Positions 1 through 15,400 of a stretch of 64,000 nucleotides of DNA are shown piece after piece. The stretch is taken from NCBI RefSeq assembly GCF_009914755.1, contig NC_060937.1, one strand, 5' to 3'. The notes below the pieces were generated by a model that searched no databases, was not told the origin of the DNA, and saw nothing but the letters and a program-made list of their open reading frames with translations. Both the position numbers and the translations under genes were made by a program. Source of the DNA: the human T2T-CHM13v2.0 reference genome, Homo sapiens. Numbering within the stretch: position 1 is the stretch's first letter; each line of letters begins with the position of its first letter.

Positions 1-3000
1 TACTGTACATATAATATCAACGTACCCCAAATATATATTTTATACTCTACATGAAATATCAAAGTTCACAAACTATATATTATATACTGTACATAAAATA
101 TCAAAGTACCCAAGGTATATATTCCATACTGTACCAAAAATATCAAAGTACCCAAAGCACGTATTATATACTGTACATAAAATATGAAAGTACATCGAAT
201 ATATATTTTATTCTGTACATAAAATATCAAAGTACACCAGATATATATTCTATAGTGTACATAAAATATCAAAGTACCCAAACTATACATTATATACTGT
301 ACATAAAATATGAAATTACATCAAATATATATTAGGTACATAAAATATGAAAGTACATCAAATATAGATTATATACTGTACATAAAATATCAAAATACCC
401 CAAATATATATTATATACTCTACATGAAATATCAAAGTTCACAAACTATATATTATATACTGTACATAAAATATCAAAGTACCCAAGGTATATATTCTAT
501 ACTGTGCAAAAAATATCAAAGTACCCAAAGCATGTATTATATACTGTATATAAAATATGAAAGTACATAAAATATATATTTTATTCTGTACATAAAATAA
601 CAAAGTACACCAGATATATATTCTATAGTGTACATAAAATAACAAAGTACAAAAACTATAAATTATATACTGTACATAAAATATGAAATTACATCAAATA
701 TATATTAAGTACATAAAATATGAAAGTACATCAAATATAGATTATACACTGTACATATAATATCAATGTACCCCAAATATATATTTTATACTCTACATGA
801 AATATCAAAGTTCACAAACCATACATTATATACTGTACATAAAATATCAAACTACCCAAGGTATGCATTCTATACTGTACAAAAAATATCAAAGTACCCA
901 AAGCATGTATTATATACTGTACATAAAATATGAAAGTACATCAAATATATATTTTATTCTGTACATAAAATATCAAAGTACACCAGATATATATTCTATA
1001 GTGTACATAAAATATCAAAATACCCAAACTATACATTATATACTGTACATAAAATATGAAATTACATCAAATATATATTAAGTACATAAAATATGAAAGT
1101 ACATCAAATATAGATTATATACTGTACATAAAATATCAAAGTACCCCAAATATATATTATATACTCTATATGAAATATCAAAGTTCACAAACTATATATT
1201 ATATACTGTACATAAAATATAAAAGTACCCAAGGTATATATTCTATACTGTGCAAAAAATATCAAAGTACCCAAAGCATGTATTATATACTGTATATAAA
1301 ATATGAAAGTACATCAAATATATATTTTATTCTGCACATAAAATATCAAAATACAACAGATATATATTCTATAGTGTACATAAAATAACAAAGTACACAA
1401 ACTATACATTATATACTGTACATAAAATATGAAATTACATCAAATATATATTAGGTACATAAAATATGAACGTACATCAAATATAGATTATATACTGTAC
1501 ATATAATATCAATGTACCCCAAATATATATTTTATACTCTACATGAAATATCAAAGTTCACAAACCATACATTATATACTGTACATAAAATATCAAAGTA
1601 CCCAGGGTATATATTCTATAGTGTACAAAAAATATCAAAGTACCCAAAGCATGTATTATATACTGTACATAAAATATGAAAGTACATCAAATATATATTT
1701 TATTCTGTACATAAAATATCAAATTACACCAGATATATATACTATAGTGTACATAAAATATCAAAGTACCCAAACTATACATTATATACTGCACATGAAA
1801 TATGAAATTACATAAAATATATATTATATTAGGTACATAAAATATGAAATTACATAAAATATATATTATATTAGTTATATAAAATAAGAAAGTACATCAA
1901 ATATAGATTATATACTGTACATTAAATACCAAACTACCCCAAATATATATTTTATACTGTATATGAAATATCAAACTTCACAAACTATATATAATATACT
2001 GTACATAAAATATCAAAGTACCCAAGGTATATATTCTATACTGTACAAAAGATATCAAAGTACCCAAAGCATGTATTATATACTGTACATAAAATATGAA
2101 ATTACATCAAATATATATTTTATTCTGTACATAAAATATCAAACTACACCAGATATATATTCTATAGTGTACATAAAATATAAAAGTACCGAAACTATTT
2201 ATTATATACTGTACATAAAATATGAAATTGCATCAAATATATATTATATTAGGTACATAAAATATGAAAGTACATCAAATATAGATTATACACTATATAT
2301 AAAATATCAAAGTACCCCAAATATATATTATATACTCTACATGAAATATCAAAGTTCACAAACTATATATTATATACTGTACATAAAATAAAGTCCCCAA
2401 GGTATATATTCTATACTGTAGAAAAAATATCAAAGTACCCAAAGCATGTATTATATACTGTACATAAAATATGAAAGTACATCAAATATATATTTTATTC
2501 TGAACATAAAATATCAAGGTACACCAGATATATATTCTATAGTGTACATATAATAACAAAGTACACAAACTATAAATTATATACTGTACATAAAATATGA
2601 AATTACATCAAATATATATTAAGTACATAAAATATGAAAGTACATCAAATATAGATTATATACTGTACATAAAATATAAATGTACCCCAAATATATATTT
2701 TATACTCTACATGAAATATCAAAGTTCACAAACCATATATTATATACTGTACATAAAATATCAAAGTACCCAAGCTATATATTCTATACTGTACAAAAAA
2801 TATCAAAGTACCCAAAGCATGTATTATATACTGTACATAAAATATGAAACTACATCAAATATATATTTTATTCTGTACAAAAAATATCAAAGTACACCAG
2901 ACATATTTTCTATAGTGTACATAAAATATCAAAGTACCCAAAGCATGTATTATATACTGTACATAAAATATGAGAGTACATCAAATATATATTTTATACT

Positions 3001-6000
3001 GTACATAAAATATCAAAGTACACCAGATATATATTCTATAGTGTACATAAAATATCAAAAGTACACAAACTATAAATTATATACTGTACATAAAATATGA
3101 AATTACATCAAATATATATTAGGTACATAAACTATGAAAGTACATCAAATATAGATTATATACTGTACATATAATATCAATGTACCCCAAATATATATTT
3201 TATACTCTACATGAAATATCAAAGTTCACAAACCATACATTATATACTGTATATAAAATATCAAAGTACCCAAGGTATATATTCTATACTGTACAAAAAA
3301 TATCAAAGTACCCAAAGCATGTATTATATACTGTACATAAAATATGAAAGTACATCAAATATATATTTTATTCTGTACATAAAATATCAAAGTACACCAG
3401 ATATATATTCTATAGTGTACATAAAATAACAAAGTACACAAACTATAAATTATATACTGTACATAAAATATGAAATTACATCAAATATATATTAGGTACA
3501 TAAAATATGAAAGTATATCAAATATAGATTATATACTGTACATATAATATCAATGTACACCAAATATATATTTTATACTGTACATGAAATATCAAAGTTC
3601 ACAAACCATATATTATATACTGTACATAAAATATCAAAGTACCCAAGGTATATATTCTATACTGTACAAAAAATATCAAAGTACCCAAAGCATGTATTAT
3701 ATACTGTACATAAAATATGAAAGTACATCAAATATATATTTTATTCTGTACATAAAATATCAAAGTACACCAGATATATATTCTATAGTGTACATAAAAT
3801 ATCAAAGTACCCAAACTATACATTATATACTATACATAAAATATGAAATTACATCAAATATATATTATATTAGGTACATAAAATATGAAAGCACATCAAA
3901 TATAGATTATATACTGTACATTAAATACCAAAGTACCCCAAATATATATTTTATACTGTACATCAAATATCAAAGTTCACAAACTATATATTACATACTG
4001 TACATAAAATATCAAAGTACCCAAGGTATATATTCTATACTGTACAAAAAATATCAAAGTACCCAAAGCATGTATTATATACTGTACATAAAATATGAAA
4101 GTACATGAAATATATATTTTATTCTGTACATAAAACATCAAAGTACACCAGATATATATTCTATAGTGTACATAAAATATCAAAGTACCCAAACTATACA
4201 TTATATACTGTACATAAAATATGAAATTACATCAAATATATATTATATTAGGTACATAAAATATGAAAGTACATCAAATATAGATTATATACTGTACATA
4301 AAATATCAAAGTACCCCAAATATATATTATATACTCTACATGAAATATCAAAGTTCACAAACCATATATTATTTACTGTACATAAAATATCAAAGTACCC
4401 AAGGTATATATTCTATACTGTACAAAAAATATCAAAGTACCCAAAGCATGTATTATATACTGTACATAAAATATGAAACTACATGAAATATATTTTTTAT
4501 TCTGTATAATAAATATCAAAGTACACCAGATATATATTCTATAGTGTACATAAAATATCAAAGTACCCAAACTATACATTATATACTGTACATAAAATAT
4601 GAAATTACATCAAATATATATTATATTAGGTACATAAAATATGAAAGTATATCAAATATAGATTATATACTGTACATAAAATATCAAAGTACCCCAAATA
4701 TATATTATATACTGTACATGAAATATCAAAGTTCACAAACTATATATTATATACTGTACATAAAATATCAAAGTACCCAAGGTATATATTCTATACTGTA
4801 CAAAAGATATCAAAGTACCCAAAGCATGTATTATATACTGTACATAAAATATGAAAGTACATCAAATATATATTTTATTCTGTACATAAAATATCAAAGT
4901 ACACCAGATATATATTCTATAGTGTACATAAAATATCAAACTACCCAAACTATTTATTATATACTGTACATAAAATATGAAATTACATCAAGTATATATT
5001 ATATTAGATACATAAAATATGAAAGTACATCAAATATAGCTTATATACTGTATATTAAATACCAAAGTACCCCAAATATATATTTTATACTGTACATGAA
5101 ATATCAAATTTCACAAACTATATGTTATATACTGTACATAAAATATCAAAGAACCCAAGGTATATATTCTATACTGTACAAAAAATATCAAAGTACCAAA
5201 AGCATGTATTATATACTGTACCTAAAATATGAAAGTACATCAAATATATATTTTACTCTGTACATAAAATATCAAAGTACACCAGATATATATTCTATAG
5301 TGTACATAAAATATCAAAGTACCCAAACTATACATTATATACTGTACATAAAATATGAAATTACATCAAATATATATTATATTAGGTACATAAAATATGA
5401 AAGTACATCAAATATAGATTATATACTGTACATAAAATATCAATGTACCCCAAATATATATTTTATACTCTACATGAAATATCAAAGTTCACAAACCATA
5501 TATTGTATACTGTACATAAAATATCAAAGTACCCAAGGTATGTATTCTATACTGTACAAAAAATATCAAAGTACCCAAAGCATGTATTATATACTGTACA
5601 TAAAATATGAAAGTACATCAAATATATATTTTATTCTGTACATAAAATATCAAAGTACACCAGATATATATTCTATAGTGTACATAAAATATGAAAGTAC
5701 CCAAACTATACATTATATACTGTACATAAAATATGAAATTACATCAAATATATATTATATTAGGTACATAAAATATGAAAGTACATCAAATAGAGATTAT
5801 ATACTGTACATTAAGTACCAAAGTACCCCAAATATATATTTTATACTCTACATGAAATATAAAAAGTTCACAAACTATATATTATATACTGAACATAAAA
5901 TATCAAAGTACCCAAGGTATATATTCTATACTGTACAAAAAATATCAAAGTACCCAAAGCATGTATTATAAACTGTACATAAAATATGAAAGTACATCAA

Positions 6001-9000
6001 ATATATATTTTATTCTGTACATAAAATATCAAAGTACACCAGATATATATTCTATAGTGTACATAAAATATCAAAGTACCCAAACTATACATTATATACT
6101 GTACATAAAATATGAAATTACATCAAATATATATTATATTAGGTACATAAAATATGAAAGTACATCAAATATAGATAATATACTGTACATAAATTATCAA
6201 CGTACCCCAAATATATATTATATACTCTCCATGAAATATCAAAGTTCACAAACTATATATTATATACTGTACATAAAATATCAAAGTACCCAAGGTATAT
6301 ATTCTATACTGCACAAAAAATATCAAAGTACCCAAAACATGTATTATATACTGTATATAAAATATGAAAGTACATCAAATATATATTTTATTCTGTACAT
6401 AAAATATCAAAGTACACCAGATATATATTGTATAGTGTACATATAATAACAAAGTACACAAACTATAAATTATATACTGTACATAAAATATGAAATTACA
6501 TCAAATATATATTAGGTACATAAAATATGAAAGTACATCAAATATAGATTATATACTGTACATAAAATATCAATGTACCCCAAATATATATTTTATACTC
6601 TACATGAAATATCAAAGTTCACAAACCATATATTATATACTGTAAATAAAATATCAAAGTACCCAAGGTATATATTCTATACTGTACAAAAAATATCAAA
6701 GTACCCAAAGCATGTATTATATACTGTACATAAAATATGAAACTACATCAAATATATATTTTATTCTGTACAAAAAATATCAAAGTACACCAGACATATT
6801 TTCTATAGTGTACATAAAATATCAAAATACCCAAAGCATGTATTATATACTGTACATAAAATATGAAAGTACATCAAATATATATTTTATACTGTACATA
6901 AAAAATCAAAGTACACCAGATATATATTCTATAGTGTACATAAAATATCAAAAGTACCCAAAATATACATTATATACTGTACATAAAATATGAAATTACA
7001 TCAAATATATATTATATTAGGTACATAAAATATGAAAGTACATCAAATATAGATTATATACTGTACATTAAATACCAAAGTACCCCAAATATATATTTTA
7101 TACTGTACATGAAATATCAAAGTTCACACACTATATATTATATACTGTACATGAAATATCAAAGTACCCAAGGTATATATTCTATACTGTACAAAAAACA
7201 TCAAAGTACCCAAAGCATGTATTATATACTGTACATAAAATATGAAAGTACATCAAATATGTATTTTATTCTGTACATAAAATATCAAACTACACCAGAT
7301 ATATATTCTATAGTGTACATAAAATATCAAAGTACCCAAACTATACATTATATACTGTACATAAAATATGAAATTACATCAAATATATATTATATTAGGT
7401 ACATAAAATATGAAAGTACATCAAATATAGATTATATACTGTACATAAAATATCAAACTACCCCAAATATATATTATATACTGTACATGAAATATCAAAG
7501 TTCACAAACTATATATTATATACTGTACATAAAATATCAAAGTACCCAAGGTATATATTCTATACTGTACAAAAAATATCAAAGTATCCAAAGCATGTAT
7601 TATATACTGTATATAAAATATGAAAGTAAATAAAATATATATTTTATTCTGTACATAAAATATCAAAGTACACCAGATATATATTCTATAGTGTACATAA
7701 AATAACAAAGTACACAAACTATAAATTATATACTGTACATAAAATATGAAATTACATCAAATATATATTAGGTACATAAAATATGAAAGTACATCAAATA
7801 TAGATTATATACTGTACATATAATATCAATGTACCCCAAATATATATTTTATACTCTACATGAAATATCAAAGTTCACAAACCATATATTATATACTGTA
7901 CATAAAATATCAAAGTACCCAAGGTATATATTCTATACTATACAAAAAATATCAAAGTACCCAAAGCATGTATTATATACTGTACATAAAATATGAAAGT
8001 ACATCAAATATATATTTTATTCTGTACATAATATATCAAAGTACACCCGATATATATTCTATAGTGTACATAAAATATCAAAGTACCCAAACTAAACATT
8101 ATATACTGTACATAAAATATGAGATTACATCAAATATATATTATATTAGGTACATAAAATATGAAAGTACATCAGATATAGATTATATACTTTACATAAA
8201 ATATCAAAGTACCCCAAATATATATTATATACTCTACATGAAATATCAAAGTTCACAAACTATATATTATATAATGTACATAAAATATCAAAGTACCCAA
8301 GGTATATATTCTATACTGTACAAAAAATATCAAAGTACCCAAAGCATGCATTATATACTGTATACAAAATATGAAAATACATTAAATATATATTTTATTC
8401 TGTACATAAAATATCAAAGTACACCAGATATGTATTCTATAGTGTACATAAAATAACAAAGTACACAAACTATCAATTATATACTGTACATAAAATATGA
8501 AATTACATCAAATATATATTAGGTACATAAAATATGAAAGTACATCAAATATAGACTATATACTGTACATAAAATATCAATGTACACCAAATATATATTT
8601 TATACTCTACATGAAATATCAAAGTTCACAAACCATATATTATATACTGTACATAAAACATCAAAGTACCCAAGGTATATATTCTATACTGTACAAAAAA
8701 TATCAAAGTACCCAAAGCATGTATTATATACTGTACATAAAATATGAAAGTACATCAAATATATATTTTATTTTGTACATAAAATATCAAAGTACACCAG
8801 ATATATATTCTATAGTGTACATAAAATATCAAAGTACCCAAACTATACATTATATACTGTACATAAAATATGAAATTACATCAAATATATATTATATTAG
8901 GTACATAAAATATGAAAGTACATCAAATATAGATTATATACTGTACCTTAAATACGAAAGTACCTCAAATATATATTTTATACTGTACATGAAATATCAA

Positions 9001-12000
9001 AGTTCACAAACTATATATTATATACTGTACATAAAATATCAAAGTACCCAAGGTATATATTCTATGCTGTACAAAAAATATCAAAGTACCCAAAGCATGC
9101 ATTATAAACTGTACATAAAATATGAAAGTACATCAAATATATATTTTATTCTGTACATAAAATATCAAAGTACACCACATATATATTCTATAGTGTGCAT
9201 AAAATATCAAAGTACCCAAACTATACATTATATACTGTACATAAAATATGAAATTACATCAAATATATATTATATTAGGTACATAAAATATGAAAGTACA
9301 TCAAATATAGATTATATACTGTACATAAAATATCAAAGTACCCCAAATATATATTATATACTCTACGTGAAATATCAAAGTTCACAAACTATATATTATA
9401 TACTGTACATAAAATATCAAAGTACCCAAGGTATATATTCTATACTCTACAAAAAATATCAAAGTACCCAAAGCATGTATTATATAGTGTACATAAAATA
9501 TGAAAGTACATCAAATATATATTTTATTCTGTACATATAATATCAAAGTACACCAGATATATATTCTATAGTGTACATAAAATGTCAAAGTACCCAAAAT
9601 ATACATTATATACTGTACATAAAATATGAAATTACATCAAATATATATTATATTAGGTACATAAAATATGAAAGTACATCAAATATAGATTATATACTGT
9701 ACATAAAATATCAAAGTACCCCAAATATACATTATATACTCTACATGAAATATCAAAGTTCACAAACTATATATTATATACTGTATATAAAATATCAAAG
9801 TACCCAAGGCATATATTCTATACTGTACAAAAAATATCAAAGTACCCAAATCATGTATTATATACTGTATATAAAATATGAAAGTACATCAAATATATAT
9901 TTTATTCTGTACATAAAATATCAAAGTACACCAGATATATATTCTATAGTGTACATAAAATAACAAAGTACAAAAACTATAAATTATATACTGTACATAA
10001 AATATGAAATTACATCAAATATATATTAGGTACATAAAATATGAAAGTACATCAAATATAGATTATATACTGTACATAAAATATCAATGTACCCCAATAT
10101 ATATATTTTATACTCGACATGAAATATCAAAGTTCACAAACCATATATTATTTACTGTACATAAAATATCAAAGTACCCAAGGTATATATTCTATAGTGT
10201 ACAAAAAATATCAAAGTACCCAAAGCATGTATTATATACTGTACATAAAATATGAAACTACATGAAATATATTTTTTATTCTGTATATAAAATATCAAAG
10301 TACACCAGATATATATTCTATAGTGTACATAAAATATCAAAGTACCCAAACTATACATTATATACTGTACATAAAATATGAAATTACATCAAATATATAT
10401 TATATTAGGTACATAAAATATGAAAGTACATCAAATATAGATTATATACTGTACATAAAATATCAAAGTACCCCAAATATATATTATATACTGTACATGA
10501 AATATCAAAGTTCAAAAACTATATATTATATACTGTACATAAAATATCAAAGTACCCAAGGTATATATTCTATACTGTACAAAAGATATCAAAGTACCCA
10601 AAGCATGTATTATATACTGTACATAAAATATGAAAGTACATCAAATATATATTTTATTCTGTACATAAAATATCAAAGTACACCAGATATATATTCTATA
10701 GTGTACATAAAATATCAAACTACCCAAACTATTTATTATATACTGTACATAAAATATGAAATTACATCAAGTATATATTATATTAGATACATAAAATATG
10801 AAAGTATATCAAATATAGCTTATATACTGTATATTAAATACCAAAGTACCCCAAATATATATTTTATACTGTACATGAAATATCAAATTTCACAAACTGT
10901 ATGTTATATACTGTACATAAAATATCAAAGAACCCAAGGTATATATTCTATACTGTACAAAAAATATCAAAGTACCAAAAGCATGTATTATATACTGTAC
11001 CTAAAATATGAAAGTACATCAAATATATATTTTACTCTGTACATAAAATATCAAAGTACACCAGATATATATTCTATAGTGTACATAAAATATCAAAGTA
11101 CCCAAACTATACATTATATACTGTACATAAAATATGAAATTACATCAAATATATATTATATTAGGTACATAAAATATGAAAGTACATCAAATATAGATTA
11201 TATACTGTACATAAAATATCAATGTACCCCAAATATATATTTTATACTCTACATGAAATGTCAAAGTTCACAAACCATATATTGTATACTGTACATAAAA
11301 TATCAAAGTACCCAAGGTATGTATTCTATACTGTACAAAAAATATCAAAGTACCCAAAGCATGTATTATATACTGTACATAAAATATGAAAGTACATCAA
11401 ATATATATTTTATTCTGTACATAAAATATCAAAGTACACCAGATATATATTCTATAGTGTACATAAAATATCAAAGTACCCAAACTATACATTATATACT
11501 GTACATAAAATATGAAATTACATCAAATATATATTATATTAGGTACATAAAATATGAAAGTACATCAAATAGAGATTATATACTGTACATTAAGTACCAA
11601 AGTACCCCAAATATATATTTTATACTCTACATGAAATATAAAAAGTTCACAAACTATATATTATATACTGAACATAAAATATCAAAGTACCCAAGGTATA
11701 TATTCTATACGGTACAAAAAATATCAAAGTACCCAAAGCATGTATTATAAACTGTACATAAAATATGAAAGTACATCAAATATATATTTTATTCTGTACA
11801 TAAAATATCAAAGTACACCAGATATATATTCTATAGTGTACATAAAATATCAAAGTACCCAAACTATACATTATATACTGTACATAAAATATGAAATTAC
11901 ATCAAATATATATTATATTAGGTACATAAAATATGAAAGTACATCAAATATAGATTATATACTGTACATAAATTATCAACGTACCCCAAATATATATTAT

Positions 12001-15000
12001 ATACTCTCCATGAAATATCAAAGTTCACAAACTATATATTATATACTGTACATAAAATATCAAAATACCCAAGGTATATATTCTATACTGCACAAAAAAT
12101 ATCAAAGTACCCAAAACATGTATTATATACTGTATATAAAATATGAAAGTACATCAAATATATATTTTATTCTGTACATAAAATATCAAAGTACACCAGA
12201 TATATATTGTATAGTGTACATATAATAACAAAGTACACAAACTATAAATTATATACTGTACATAAAATATGAAATTACATCAAATATATATTAGGTACAT
12301 AAAATATGAAAGTACATCAAATATAGATTATATACTGTACATAAAATATCAATGTACCCCAAATATATATTTTATACTCTACATGAAATATCAAAGTTCA
12401 CAAACCATATATTATATACTGTAAATAAAATATCAAAGTACCCAAGGTATATATTCTATACTGTACAAAAAATATCAAAGTACCCAAAGCATGTATTATA
12501 TACTGTACATAAAATATGAAACTACATCAAATATATATTTTATTCTGTACAAAAAATATCAAAGTACACCAGACATATTTTCTATAGTGTACATAAAATA
12601 TCAAAATACCCAAAGCATGTATTATATACTGTACATAAAATATGAAAGTACATCAAATATATGTTTTATACTGTACATAAAAAATCAAAGTACACCAGAT
12701 ATATATTCTATAGTGTACATAAAATATCAAAAGTACACAAAATATACATTATATACTGTACATAAAATATGAAATTACATCAAATATATATTATATTAGG
12801 TACATAAAATATGAAAGTACATCAAATATAGATTATATACTGTACATTAAATACCAAAGTACCCCAAATATATATTTTATACTGTACATGAAATATCAAA
12901 GTTCACACACTATATATTATATACTGTACATAAAATATCAAAGTACCCAAGGTATATATTCTATACTGTACAAAAAACATCAAAGTACCCAAAGCATGTA
13001 TTATATACTGTACATAAAATATGAAAGTACATCAAACATGTATTTTATTCTGTACATAAAATATCAAAGTACACCAGATATATATTCTATAGTGTACATA
13101 AAATATCAAAGTACCCAAACTATACATTATATACTGTACATAAAATATGAAATTACATCAAATATATATTATATTAGGTACATAAAATATGAAAGTACAT
13201 CAAATATAGATTATATACTGTACATAAAATATCAAACTACCCCAAATATATATTATATACTCTACATGAAATATCAAAGTTCACAAACTATATATTATAT
13301 ACTGTACATAAAATATCAAAGTACCCAAGGTATATATTCTATACTGTACAAAAAATATGAAAGTATCCAAAGCATGTATTATATACTGTATATAAAATAT
13401 GAAAGTAAATAAAATATATATTTTATTCTGTACATAAAATATCAAAGTACACCAGATATATATTCTATAGTGTACATAAAATAACAAAGTACACAAACTA
13501 TAAATTATATACTGTACATAAAATATGAAATTACATCAAATATATATTAGGTACATAAAATATGAAAGTACATCAAATATAGATTATATACTGTACATAT
13601 AATATCAATGTACCCCAAATATATATTTTATACTCTACATGAAATATCAAAGTTCACAAACCATATATTATATACTGTACATAAAATATCAAAGTACCCA
13701 AGGTATATATTCTATACTATACAAAAAATATGAAAGTACCCAAAGCATGTATTATATACTGTACATAAAATATGAAAGTACATCAAATATATATTTTATT
13801 CTGTACATAATATATCAAAGTACACCCGATATATATTCTATAGTGTACATAAAATATCAAAGTACCCAAACTAAATATTATATACTGTACATAAAATATG
13901 AGATTATATCAAATATATATTATATTAGGTACATAAAATATGAAAGTACATCAGATATAGATTATATACTTTACATAAAATATCAAAGTACCCCAAATAT
14001 ATATTATATACTCTACATGAAATATCAAAGTTCACAAACTATATATTATATAATGTACATAAAATATCAAAGTACCCAAGGTATATATTCTATACTGTAC
14101 AAAAAATATCAAAGTACCCAAAGCATGCATTATATACTGTATACAAAATATGAAAATACATTAAATATATATTTTATTCTGTACATAAAATATCAAAGTA
14201 CACCAGATATGTATTCTATAGTGTACATAAAATAACAAAGTACACAAACTATAAATTATATACTGTACGTAAAATATGAAATTACATCAAATATATATTA
14301 GGTACATAAAATATGAAAGTACATCAAATATAGATTATATACTGTACATATAATATCAATGTACACCAAATATATATTTTATACTCTACGTGAAATATCA
14401 AAGTTCACAAACCATACATTATATACTGTACATAAAATATCAAAGTACCCAAGGTATATATTCTATAGTGTACAAAAAATATCAAAGTACCCAAAGCATG
14501 TATTATATACTGTACATAAAATATGAAAGTACATCCAATATATATTTTATTCTGTACATAAAATATCAAAGTACACCAGATATATATTCTATAGTGTACA
14601 TAAAATATCAAAGTACCCAAACTATACATTATATACTGTACATAAAATATGAAATTACATCAAATATATATTAGGTACATAAAATATGAAAGTACATCAA
14701 ATATAGATTATATACTGTACATAAAATATCAAAGTACCCCAAATATATATTATATACTGTACATGAAATATCAAAGTTCACAAACTATATATTATATACT
14801 GTACATAAAATATCAAAGTACCCAAGGTATATATTCTATACTGTACAAAAAATATCAAAGTACCCAAAGCATGTATTATATACTGTACATAAAATATGAA
14901 AGTACATCAAATATATATTTTATTCTGTACATAAAATATCAAAGTACACCAGATATATATTCTATAGTGTACATAAAATAACAAAGTAAAAAAACTATAA

Positions 15001-15400
15001 ATTATATACTGTACATAAAATATGAAATTACATCAAATATATATTAGGTAGATAAAATATGAACGTACATCAAATATAGATTATATACTGTACATAAAAT
15101 ATCAATGTACCCCAAATATATATTTTATACTCTACATGAAATATCAAAGTTCACAAACCATATATTATATACTGTACATAAAATATCAAAGTACCCAATG
15201 TATATATTCTATACTATACAAAAAATATCAAAGTACCCAAAGCATGTATTATATACTGTACATAAAATATGAAAGTACATCAAATATATATTTTATTCTG
15301 TACATAAAATATCAAAGTACACCAGATATATATTCTATAGTGTACATAAAATATCAAAGTACCCAAACTATACATTATATACTGTACATAAAATATGAAA
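1..15400. repeat. Array domain A: mixed 373/378-bp units carrying the ACACCAGAT variant
   Basis: Recurrent 5-bp deletion in monomer 7 (AAATATATATTAGGTAC vs AAATATATATTATATTAGGTAC), last seen near 15040. ACACCAGAT is fixed until about 15325. AAAATAACAAAGTAC and TATCAATGTACCCC variants are frequent. ORF starts at 51, 797 and 1543 are 746 bp (2x373) apart. Confidence 0.85.
4345..14250. repeat. Duplicated block of about 4.1 kb, offset 5779 bp (approx. 4345-8460 and 10125-14240)
   Basis: ORF pairs 4544/10323, 5961/11740, 6712/12491, 7109/12888 and 7860/13639 are all exactly 5779 apart with near-identical private variants. Confidence 0.9.
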
